A DNA stretch of 64,000 nucleotides from Squalus acanthias (lineage: Eukaryota): assembly GCA_030390025.1 (NCBI GenBank), contig CM059425.1:169758001-169822000 (forward strand). Reading direction: 5' to 3'. The position numbers were made by a program, and so were the translations under genes. This document shows, one piece after another, positions 25,960-36,361 of the stretch. The notes beneath the pieces are model-generated. The model searched no databases and had not been told where the DNA came from. It worked only from the letters and a program-made list of their open reading frames with translations. The first letter of the stretch is position 1. The number at the start of each line of letters is the position of its first letter.

Positions 25960-27503
25960 ACTATCTCTCACAGAGATCTTTTATTTAACCAGTAACACAC
26001 AGATTAAATAAGAAACACAACTTGCCACAGGTACAGTGGGCCGAATGGTCTCCTTCTGTGCTGTTAGTTTCTAGACCTGTTTTGGAGTCTTCAAGTGCCT
26101 GGTGGCCAAACTGACGATCGCCCGAAGTCTGTTGAAATCTTTAGACGCCTTTTTTCCAGCAGACTACATTTGTCCTCGATGGGCCAAAGGGTCTTTATCT
26201 ATCCGTCATTGTTCATATGTCATTGTTCGTATGTTCATATGCAGTAAAGCGGCTAGGTATTGTTAAGTTCTTATATTCTTTGAGTCCACAATTCCCTCAT
26301 GATTTTCACATGCACATCTCAACGATTGGTTCTTTCAAGCGTGGCTTTTCCCCGTGTTGTTCATGGTTGATTCAGAGTTTAGTGGGGTTACATCATAATG
26401 CATGTAACTTGTTGAAGTTTAATGAGGGTCTTATCTCAAGACAATACCGGTCAGTTCTGATGATGAGGTTACAAGCTGCCTTTGTCTGATATAATATCTG
26501 TTGAAAATGTTCCTCCATATTCCTGTTTCTCAATTTGCATTTTAATGTGGTTTAGCCATCATTAAAAGTTCTCTTTCATATTAAAGTTTTTCTTGTTATT
26601 AGGGATGCTTAAAACAGATTTTTCCTTCAAAGTGCAGCATTATGTTTCCTGCACATACCCCAGAATGCTTTTTGAATTTCAGGGAAAGCTGCATGCAGCC
26701 GTTTAATTTAGCTACACATACTTACCTACTGGGTATCATCTGTTGAATTAAGAAGTCAGGCTCGCTCTAACAGAGTGGCATAAATGGAAGCATTCATGAG
26801 TGTCATGATATTGTGTAGTTATGATGCGTGTTGGCTTATGGGCATTGTGCCAGCACCTAGTATTACACCTCTGAATCATATCGCAAGTTCCAACTAGTCT
26901 AAACGAATTTAGGAGTCTAGATCTGGAATGGGCACAACAACCTCATTTCAATATTCAAATAAGGCCTGCGCTCATTTGAGGTGCTCACAAGGGCAGCCTA
27001 AAAAAAGCCCCAGTCAATTTAGAGAGGCCGAACACCCATGCAGTTCTGTTGTGGGCCTCTGTCCTGCTAAATTGGTTATTGTTGTTCCCCTTCCCCCTTT
27101 ACTCCCGTAAAATGGGTGCAACAATGTTGAAGTTAGATCTCATAGGGGGAAAAATTAGGTCGCGCCCCATTTGGGGCGCAAATATCGTCTGGACGCAAAT
27201 ATTAGCGCCTGGCGCTAATTATCGGCACTGACTGGAAACTTCACTTTTACCGCCCCGGGAGGTGAGTGGAGCGCTAAATCAGGCGCTGCACACCTGTCTT
27301 AAGGCGCAAAGGCCGAGCAGTGAGGCGCTAACTCAGCACGCGAGCGCAGCGCAGCTGCTGCCAGTTAGCGAGGGAACACAGACACACTGGCGCCGGCCAC
27401 TTCTTAAAGCGGGGGGGGCCAACTTGCTCCCCAGCCATACCCTGCTCATTGCAGCCTTGAATCTCGGCCTGGAGAGACCTGTGAATCCATTTTGCTGCCA
27501 AGG

Positions 27504-29387
27504 ATGGAGAGGGTGAGAGAACGCGCTCATCGCTTCACCGAGCGGGCCTTGGATGCTCTGGTTGGCGCGGTGGAGCACAGAAGATGTATGCTCTTCCCTG
27601 AGAGTGGCAGGAGGCCTTTGCCACGCGAGTTCAGAAGAGTGTGGAGGGAGGTGGCTCAGAGCGTCTCCTCCAGGAGCATGGTGCCCAGGACCCATACTCA
27701 ATGCCGCAAAAATGTTCAAGGACCTCACTCGGGTCGTCAGGGTGAGTGGCTTTTTCTCAATACCTCTCCATCCCTCCATCTCAACCTCACTCTATGGCCA
27801 GAGGGTCTTAAAACCCCAATGCACAACACTCATCCAACACCTATGGCCCTTTCATGAAACACACACACACATTCCACACTTTGCATACAGTAAGGGCTAT
27901 TCACCTATGGGAGGCACATCAGGCAAGACCATGGCTGCATACAGTAAGGGCTATTCACCTATGGGAGGCACATCAGGCAAGACCATGGCTGCATACAGTA
28001 AGGGCTATTCACCTATGGGAGGCACATCAGGCAAGACCATGGCTGTATATTTACTCAGATGCTGTCCTTTTTCTTACAGGCCAAGCTGGCGCATAATCGG
28101 AGACAGCAGCAACGGACAGGTGGAGGGCGGCCTCAGCTGCAACCCCTCAGCGATCTTGAGGAGTGCGTCCACAGGATTGTGGCAAGCCGGGTGATCGGTC
28201 CCGTCGCCACTGGAGATGCCGACCCCGTTCTGGACAGCAATGGTAAGGTCATCACCTTTTTGTCCTCTGTCCTTCCACTTGTCCCTCACAACACAAGCCT
28301 TTGACACTTTCAATCCAACTTGCTAACTCGCTGCACTTATTCCTCCCTTACTGTCACCCTGTCCTCACGCTAAAGCCACTCTTGTACCTCCCTGCTTTCA
28401 GATGGTGATTCACCAGCTGAGGAGACGGGCCCTGAAGCTGCCACTGGGAGTGATGCTGCAGCCGAGGAGGAAGAGGAAGCCGGAGCATCAGTGCCACCCT
28501 CTCCCGAGGAAGCCCATGCCCACACTGGGAACACGCCTTCCCTGGAGGGGAGCAGGGGGGAAGGGTCTGATGAGGATGAAGCTCCAGGACCCAGCGGGCT
28601 GCAGCAACGCCATGGGGGGGGGGGGGGTAGGGAAGAACGGGGGCCTTCTCCCCAGAGGGAGAGTATACCAGACACTCCTACTGCAATGGACGCAGAGGAG
28701 GAGCGGCTGATCGCAGAAATGAACACCCAGGCGGTGGGCATGCACACTGAGCTCATGGGTGCAGTGGGAAGGGTGCCCGAATGCATTGAGTCACTGGCAA
28801 GGAGTGTGGAGCACTTCGCTGTAGCACAGGCGGATGCCACACTAACGCTTAGTGCTGCAATTCAGTCACTGACTGCCGTGATCCCATCTCTGACTGCTCT
28901 CATGCAGACTCAGATTGAGGCCACGCGAGCACAGACTGCTGCCAACCTCGATGGTTCGTGCACATGTCCCCGGGGCTGTCACCGCGCCGCAGCAGGCCAG
29001 CAATCTGTTCTCCAGCAGATTGCTCCGGATGCTGAAGTGCTGCCCCGTGGGAGTGCCAGTGTGTCGGGCGAGCAGGGAGTTGCTGTCCTCTCTCACGATG
29101 ACAGCATTCCTGCTGCCAACACTGTCACTTCTCCACTGCACTTGCCACCGCCTGTAGGACAGACTGCTGCCGCCCATGCAGAGTTGGTGCAGTCTGCAGC
29201 CGGGCCCTCCAGGCCCAGAAGTGGTTGAGGCCGTCCTTCAGGGGCATCTGCAGTGTCAGGGTCTGACGAGCAGCAGCCTTCCACCAGCCTTGCTGCAGCC
29301 ACTGAGGTCCCATTACGGAGGAGCAGTAGGGTTAGAAGGGGGGAAGTGCGCAAGGGAAGGAGATCACCCTCGAAGGGCAAAAAGTAG
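27504..29387 (+). pseudogene. Harbinger Myb/SANT-like DNA-binding protein gene; exons 27504-27741, 28080-28242, 28402-29387
   Basis: MERVRERAHRFTERALDALV..VWREVAQSV..QCRK(M)FKDLTRVVR|AKLAHNRRQQQRTGGG. GT-AG introns of phase 0 and 1. Extra A at 27708-27712 and in-frame TGA at 29226-29228. Confidence 0.88.
27882..28045. repeat. 54-bp tandem repeat x3 in Myb intron 1
   Basis: gcatacagtaagggctattcacctatgggaggcacatcaggcaagaccatggct starts at 27883, 27937 and 27991; copies are identical. Confidence 0.95.
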
Positions 29388-29681
29388 GAGGTGTGACAAA
29401 ATGCTGGTCATTTTTTTATTAAAGGTCGAGGTTCATGGTCCAACTTTTGTTTAGTGTTTTGGACATTATCTCCAGGTTGTGAGAACCAGTTATGTTATTG
29501 ACTGTTTTTTTGTGTTTATTTCTATGAGTTTGTCATGAGGAATTGACACACACAGAGTTTGTAAAATAAATAAGTTTCTGTATTCAAAATATACATGGTT
29601 GGTGGTTGGAATTATTGATGCCTTGGCCGGCTTAGGGGTTGCGTGCTGGGTTCATTAATGTTGTTAGCAATGGCAGGGGCC

Positions 29682-30842
29682 CTAGAAGCGGCTTGCTATT
29701 AGCTGTTGACGGACGGCCCTTGCAGTTTGACCATTGTGGGCCGCCCTCCCGCCTTGGTGCTGCTGATGATCATCCTCCTCGTCCTCTTCCTCCTCTTCCT
29801 CCTCCTCCTCTGGTGGTGCTCCAAGGCCTGGTGGCATTGGCTGGGTCCTGAGGATTGCCATGTTATGCAACATGCAGCACACGACTACGAAGTTCGATAC
29901 TCGCTCAGGCGAGTACTGCAGGGCTCCTCCAGAATGGTCGAGACAGCGGAACCGTTGCTTCAGCACGCCGATTGTGCGCTCAATTATGTTCCTGGTAGCT
30001 TGATGGCTCTCATTGTACCGCAGCTCAGCAGGGGTGTTGGGCGTACGGAGCGGTGTCATCAGCCAGGTGCTCAATGCATACCCCTTGTCCCCGAGAAGCC
30101 AACCAACTGGCTGATGCGGTGCCTCGAAAAGTTCTGCCACAGTAGTCTGGCGCAGGATAAAAGCATCGTGGCAGCTGCCCGGATAGTGGGCATTGACAGC
30201 GAGTATCAGCTGTCTGTGGTCACAGACCAACTGAACATTCAAGGAATGGAACCCCTTTCTGTTCCGGAATTCCTCGGCATTCTCATGCGGAGCACGCAAA
30301 GCCACATGCGTGCAGTCAATGGCGCCCTGCACCATGGGGAAGCCCGCTACCCTCGCAAAGCCCAGAGCGCGGTCACGCTGCTTGTCTGGGGTCATGGGGA
30401 AAGAGATGAACTCTCGTCTCCTTTTAAAGAGGGCATTTGTGACCTGCCGGATGCAGCAATGCACCGCGAACTGGGAGATATTGGCGAAGTCCCCAGCAGC
30501 AGCTTGAAATGAGCCAGTAGCGTAAAAGTTGAGAGCCACTGTGACCTTCACTGCCACCGACAGAGACGTCCTGGACCTCAGTTGAGGCTGCAGATCTGGC
30601 TGCAGCAAGTGGCAGAGCTCAGTGACCACCTCCTTGCTGAATCGCAGCCTTCGCAAACACAGCTCCTCAGACATATGAATGTAGGAGAGCTGTTCACGAT
30701 ATACCCTGGGAGGGTAAGCTCTCCTGTACATACGCCTGTTGGCCCTCCTCCGTCTGGCCATCATTGCCACTCTCTCTCTGCGTCTCTGTATCCTCCGATT
30801 CAGCTGGAGCAGGACGACGCCCCCAATCAGTGCAGCCCCCAT
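29682..30842 (-). CDS. Harbinger (HARBI1-like) DDE transposase, 386 aa, intact and intronless
   Basis: ATG at 30842. ALNFYATGSFQ, GAIDCTH (D), NRKGFHSLNVQLVCD, PGSCHDAFIL, LLGDKGY (D), IERTIGVLKQRF (E), CCMLHN. Confidence 0.95.
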   Translation of the reverse strand: MGAALIGGVVLLQLNRRIQRRRERVAMMARRRRANRRMYRRAYPPRVYREQLSYIHMSEELCLRRLRFSKEVVTELCHLLQPDLQPQLRSRTSLSVAVKVTVALNFYATGSFQAAAGDFANISQFAVHCCIRQVTNALFKRRREFISFPMTPDKQRDRALGFARVAGFPMVQGAIDCTHVALRAPHENAEEFRNRKGFHSLNVQLVCDHRQLILAVNAHYPGSCHDAFILRQTTVAELFEAPHQPVGWLLGDKGYALSTWLMTPLRTPNTPAELRYNESHQATRNIIERTIGVLKQRFRCLDHSGGALQYSPERVSNFVVVCCMLHNMAILRTQPMPPGLGAPPEEEEEEEEEDEEDDHQQHQGGRAAHNGQTARAVRQQLIASRF

Positions 30843-31029
30843 ATTCTCTTTGCAAGCAAAGTAATGAAGGACAGCAACTAAAGTACCAGCGAAGTTAGGA
30901 TCAGTAGGCAAAACTACCTCACAAAGCGTTGAGTCAATGCAGAAGTCTCTCTTTCTCTCTCTCCGAATCTCTCTCTCTCTCTCAGAACGAGTGGTGCAAA
31001 AATGTCGACCACAGAAAAAGACAGGAAGA

Positions 31030-31190
31030 GGCCCCCTTTAAATAGCGCCCCCCCCCCAGCCCCACAGCGATTGATAGCGTTCCAGTCTTCCGGTCGTTGG
31101 ATGCGCCAGGCGGTAAGGCAGGGGGCGCCACTCAATTTCCGCTCCGGGGCGCCACAAGGGCGTTGCACCATGGAATGACGTCACAATCTG
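31030..31190 (-). promoter_or_regulatory. Putative transposase promoter (TATTTAAA plus CRE)
   Basis: tttaaata at 31037-31044 (TATTTAAA on -) and TGACGTCA at 31176-31183, in CpG-rich subterminal DNA upstream of the ORF. Confidence 0.45.
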
Positions 31191-31471
31191 CGCGCGCAGG
31201 TGGTCGCAGCGGTAAGTTTTAGCGCCGCCGCACAATCTCTAGTTAAGTTCCCGAGCGGCGCAAACATCGCTGCGCCCGGGCGTTAGCGGCTTTGCGCCCC
31301 ATTAGCGCCCTCTTAAGGCGCTAACGGGAGGCGCAACCAACTGAATTTTTACCCCATAATGTCTAATCCCATAAAAATCAAATATTAAGAAAATTAACAG
31401 ACAAAAACTTCACCTTGACCATCTTACCCAGAGTGATTAGGGTACTTATCTGGGTTACCAGCACTTCATGG

Positions 31472-31627
31472 GGGTGATATTGGTCTTGGGCAGCAGCGCA
31501 AAACGGGCAATAGCAAATCGGCAGCCTGTTTTACAGCCCGTCTGATTTTCAAATCGGGCAGGGTATAAAAGAGGCTGCCAATTCACAATCGCCCAATTTA
31601 AGCTTTCAACCAACACCAATTTCGCCC
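31472..31627. mobile_element. Palindromic MITE
   Basis: gggtgatattggt / accaatttcgccc ends. Internal arms ggcagcc..tttac..cccg / cggg..tataaaa..ggctgcc. tgg on both flanks. Confidence 0.7.
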
Positions 31628-32449
31628 TGGATTTTTCTTGTACAATTAGTAACTGATTGTGTTATTTTCTTGTACAGGATCTCTATGGAGTTCTATCTCT
31701 GCCCCTGTCCAATAGTAAATCTTCACCTTGGAAAGAATGACACTTTATCATCAGAAATTGTTAGCCATGTAAGAACAGATTGAACCTCTCTGAGAAACAA
31801 AAACAGGAGTTTATTTACTGAACCTTAACCTCTTTCTGACCCAGTCCAAGGATCACTGATTGTTGACATTATTGACATCCAAACACCAACACAATACATC
31901 AAGGATCTGACTGGATGACATTCAGGAAATTGAACTGAAAGCACTCACATTCACTTGCTCTTTTAAGTTTTGTCCTTCATGGTATGAAGAATGTAATAAA
32001 CACATGATCAAATATTCCTTCAGATAAAATATTTCCTTACATTATTTTATTTTTGTTTGCTTAATATTTAATCCATATTGGCATTTGTAGGTAATTCTTC
32101 ATTCCGTAGTAGGAGTAGGATTCAATAAATATTACCACGTTTCTAAATAACATCACCAAGAAGAGGTTGAGATGCCGCACCATTAGTGGGATTTTGGTTC
32201 AATCCCCTTTATGTGGAATTCCCAATCCTTGGCACAATGATCTGGGAAATGCCGTGCAAAGGCTAGGGAAGGAAGGTTATTTGCCTGCCTGGTCTCTTGA
32301 CTGAAGTTGATGTGTGGTCTGGATAGACTAGGGGATAATAAAGGGAAAAATAAGGAAAATGTTTCCTCCCTAATCCCTGAAAAATAAGTTAATCTTCCTC
32401 ATCCCCAATCACTGGAAAATGTGGGAGTCAGTGGCCACCTATAGTATTC

Positions 32450-33574
32450 TACCAAGAGTTCGAGATGTGAGGTAAAGGTTGCATGCACATTGAATTGTGC
32501 AGATGATCATAAGTCAATCTGTTAAAGCATCAGAATCATTATCAGTCACTCATGCAATGTCAATGAGAGAGATGCCAAACTATTCTGTCACCAGCTTGCT
32601 GTGATACGCCCGTCTGTCCGTCCCCCACTTCCGAATCTTTCTCGACACCGGGGATTTCCAGGGCCGCCTCCTCCGAGGTGGTGAGCTGGGCTACTGAGGG
32701 TGGCCCTCCTCCTGTCCTCGCTCTTTCCCTCTTATTGTGGGCTCTCTTTTCCTGCAATGAGGGACACAAGTGGAGTTTGAGTGAGAATGAAGGAGTGAGT
32801 GTAGAGAATCCATAGCATAGATGCTTAGAAGGAGACAAAGGGCCCTCCCTGTGTGTTGTAAGTTGTTGTCATTGCGTCACAGTGATAGGGAGTGTGAGGG
32901 CTGCATGGTCGAATAGTTAAGTGAATGTGACCATAGAGAGAGAGGGAATGGGTAAGGGTGCAGGGATGTCAGTGTCAAGTGGGATGTGGAGGAAGAGATT
33001 GGCAAAGCAGAGTGCTGGTGAGGAGAGGCGATGGGGATCAGATTGAGGGTGATGGGAAAGTCATACTCACTTTTCCTGTGCGGAGAAGATCATGAAACCT
33101 CTTCCTGCACTGCAGCCAGGTTCTGCAGCACACAGAGATTGAGTTGACCGTCTGGGCCACTTGCATCCACACAGCTTCAGTCTGCTGGGGAGGCTTTTTC
33201 CTCCCTGAGGAAGGGAAGAGCAGCTCCTTATTTGATCTTGCTCCCTCCACCAGAGCTTGCAGGGAGGCCTCATCGAACCTTGGAGCACACTTTGGCCTAC
33301 TGCTGGACATAGTTGCTGAATGAAGCGATCACAACAATGGACATAAAGTTTAAAGTCTCCAGAAGAACCAAAGCTGCTTGCAGGCCTTAAATCCAGCAGC
33401 ATTGATGACGTCATCGGCGGCGACTTTCTGTATGAAAAGACTCATTGGGCTGGAAATCAAGTGCCCAATTAAGGCAAAATCGCACTTTTTTCCCCACTTC
33501 AATTCGAAGTCGGGGTCCTGACATGAAAACCACTTGACACGCCCCAGCCCGCCCCCAATGGCAAAATCGAGCCC
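32450..33574 (-). mobile_element. Truncated Harbinger end with Myb-like exons 1 (33071-33310) and 2 (32592-32751), both open
   Basis: MSSSRPKCAPRFDEASLQALV..WMQVAQTVNS..TWLQCRKRFHDLLRTGK|EKRAHNKRERARTGGGPP. TIR aaaatcgagccc. CRE gatgacgtcatc at 33404. Confidence 0.85.
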
Positions 33575-34636
33575 GAGGAATCAAAATGGCTTATTTCCCT
33601 CTATAAGTGCTGACCGATATCTGATTCAAACTTTTTTCAGGTACCGTTGAATGTGGCAATAATGGAAAACTCAGGCACCCGGCAACTAATGAAAATAAAA
33701 GCATCCCTCCAAAATGTTCTGACGAGTGCCACGTCTCACATAGGATCCAGTGTCCAGTGCTCCCTGCATTCAGAACGAATCTGTCTTCCAGACAGTAAAG
33801 CCATAAGGGAAAATTTCTCCAATTTCATGAATGTGGTGCTCTTCCTAATGAATCTCTTGCATTTCCTCTCATCCTGTGTCTATGGAGAAGCAGTGGTGTA
33901 ACCTCAGGTAGATCACTGGCAGAAATGGGAAGATCCAGCCACAAGTTGCTTCAGTGCCAAGAAGTTGAAACTCAGAGCCCACTGGCCACATTTCTTCCAG
34001 TGCCCCATCTGAAAGTGGACAATCCTCTGAGGTAATATTTTTTAAAGACACTTCTCTCTGACACTCCGCCATCAGGGAGTAAACTGATCCCTCCACCTTT
34101 CCATCTGAATAGTCTGAAAGTGCCCAGTTGGATGAGCTAGCTCCTACCAGTGGTACTGCTATTAGAACAGGTACATAGTTACAGGATGAGTAGAAATGCA
34201 AGAGGCTCATCAGGAAATTAAGTTGTCTCTCATTTTTTGTGGCTACCGGTCCTCCTCAGGGATGACGATGACAGCCACGACTGGAGTGAAATCTATGTTG
34301 TCGACCCCTTTCTGTGTTTACTGATGACTTTATCTAGTTAATGAAAGCTCTGAGGGTACTTACAAGTGACACCCAGTAATCTGTAATGTGGTTTTCTTTA
34401 ATTGGACCCTGCCTGCTTTTAATAAGTTTAATTAGTGTTTTTGCGACAATTTCACAAGTCCGTTTTCAACATTGCAACTATTGTGAGAAGCTGGTAACTT
34501 CTGTCCCCAAACAGACAACTGATGTTGTGATCTGAAATGATGAGAAGAAGTATGGTGGGAGGATGCTTGTGTGGAGCATAAACACTGGCATAGATCTGTT
34601 GGCCCGAATGGCCTGTTTCTATGTTGTAAATTCTAT

Positions 34637-36361
34637 GGCCGCGATTTTCCCTACCTCGGCGGGCGACGTCAGTGACGGGTCCCGACCCCACTGCTGGCTC
34701 CATCCCGGCCTCCGACATGACTTTCCCCTGATTGGGCCTGTTAAGCCCGCCCAGCGAGTTTCCTGGCCAATTGAAGGAAGCAGGTCTGATGATGTCATTT
34801 ATGACGCGTCATCAGCCAGTTTCCTTAAAGGGACCATGCGCAAATTTACTTTGACATTTGTGCTGTCAGTGTTCTACAGCATTGAGGTGCTGCAAACACT
34901 GACAAGTACTTCACAGAGGTGCAGGGCTGCACCCAGGCTCTCTCAAGACTCCCTCCATATGCTTATGGAGGGAGTCACAGCATGCAGGGAGGTCCTCTTC
35001 CCTTCCCAACGCAGCCTGGTTGCACATTGCACAGGAGGGCAAAAGCAGGGATGTCATCAGGAGGACCAGGTTGCAGTGGCGCAAACCTTTCAATGATCTC
35101 AGTAGATCACGAAACGTTACTGCAAAGCCACACTCAACCTCATCCTGCTGTGCCACTCATCACATCCCCATCACTCTGCCTTCCCTACCCTACTCCTGCA
35201 CATCCTTACTCACACCAACTTACCTTGCACCTCCACCCATCCCTCTCTATCTTCATTATCACTTCCCCATCTCACTAGCATCCCCTCACACTCACCCTCA
35301 TCCTAGTCCAATCATACCAGCTAACAACACACAAGGGTAGGCACTTGTGTGTTTTAGCCAATGTTCATGTGAAGTTTCTGTTAATGTGCTGTCAAACATT
35401 GAAATCTTTATTTTCAACAATTTGCTTTCTTGGGCAGATTTGTGTGCACCTTTGGAAGTGGCATAGTGAGTTGCAGTGAATGGTGAGACATAACGGTACC
35501 CCCCGCAATACTGATGAGTGTGAAAGGAATAGCTTGGGCATTGTAGGGATGCTTTACATTGTTGGTGTGGGGTGGTGCCAACCTGGTGCATCATGTTGCA
35601 GCCAGGGTGTGCAGCGTCAAGTGAAGTAAATGTGGCCATGGTGAGGCCATCCCTGGCCTCCCGGGCAGCAATGTGGTCGGGTGCTGATGCCCTCTGTCCT
35701 GTGCAGCATCAGGTGATTGCGGAAAAGGTTGGTATGGTTGTTGGTGCTGCTGGTGTGCCTGGTGATGCTGGTGTTGATGCTGATCATGGTTAGATTCTGA
35801 GGACCAAAGTGAGAGAATATAAAGTGCACCCATGTTGATGGAATAGATGGCAGATAGAGATGACAGAAGCGATCTGTCAATGGTGGGAGGGGTAATGAGG
35901 TCAGACTGGATGGAGACTTGTGTAAAGATTTGCAGCATCCTGAATCTGTAGGGGAAATGCAGTTAAAGATGCTAGTGCTTAAGGGAAGATATCTGAATCA
36001 GCTGGGAGCTTTGAGTTGACATTTGAAGCTGTCAACTCATCAGCTGGTTCAATGGCCACTGACCTCCCGCCTCAGCTTCACTGATGAGGTCTAGGCACAG
36101 CAGGAAACCCGTGGGAGACCAGTGAAAGTTAAAAAGCTGGAGAAAAAAGCATTGTTAAGTGGCTGTAAACAAGCCACTAATGATTTGAATTGGGTCCCCC
36201 GCTGCTGCCTGTCGGGTCTGCTCAGCGCTGGCAGACCCGACATCGGGAAATGCAGGTGTGCGCATTTTGACAGCGGGTTCCCGACCCATTGTCAATCATT
36301 TTAAATTTCACAGTGGACCCGCCACCAATCGGGTCCGCTGAGCACCGGCAAAATCGCGGCC
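34637..36361. mobile_element. Non-autonomous Harbinger family B copy (inverted relative to 15610)
   Basis: Perfect TIR ggccgcgatttt / aaaatcgcggcc. Myb relic on +, transposase N-terminal relic on -. Confidence 0.88.

Larger units (their letters stand above)
27145..31355. mobile_element. Full-length PIF/Harbinger DNA transposon (4.2 kb)
   Basis: TIRs gggggaaaaatt / aatttttacccc. ATA TSD at 27142-27144 and 31356-31358. Two convergent genes and repeated ggcgctaa/ttagcgcc subterminal motifs. Confidence 0.95.

Noticed and set aside
27883..28044. CRISPR-like array or repetitive protein (AYSKGYSPMGGTSGKTMA)
   Set aside because: Head-to-tail repeats without spacers, inside a GT-AG intron of a eukaryotic element.
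29706..30512. 268-aa plus-strand ORF
   Set aside because: Antisense shadow of the GC-rich transposase with no recognisable motif.
29682..30911. Calling the ORF the domesticated host gene HARBI1, or using the 409-aa start
   Set aside because: It lies inside TIRs with a TSD and a Myb partner, so it is a transposon. The 30911 start is a TTG; the first ATG is at 30842.
33869..34210. 113-aa minus-strand ORF as a host exon
   Set aside because: No recognisable domain and no convincing splice context.
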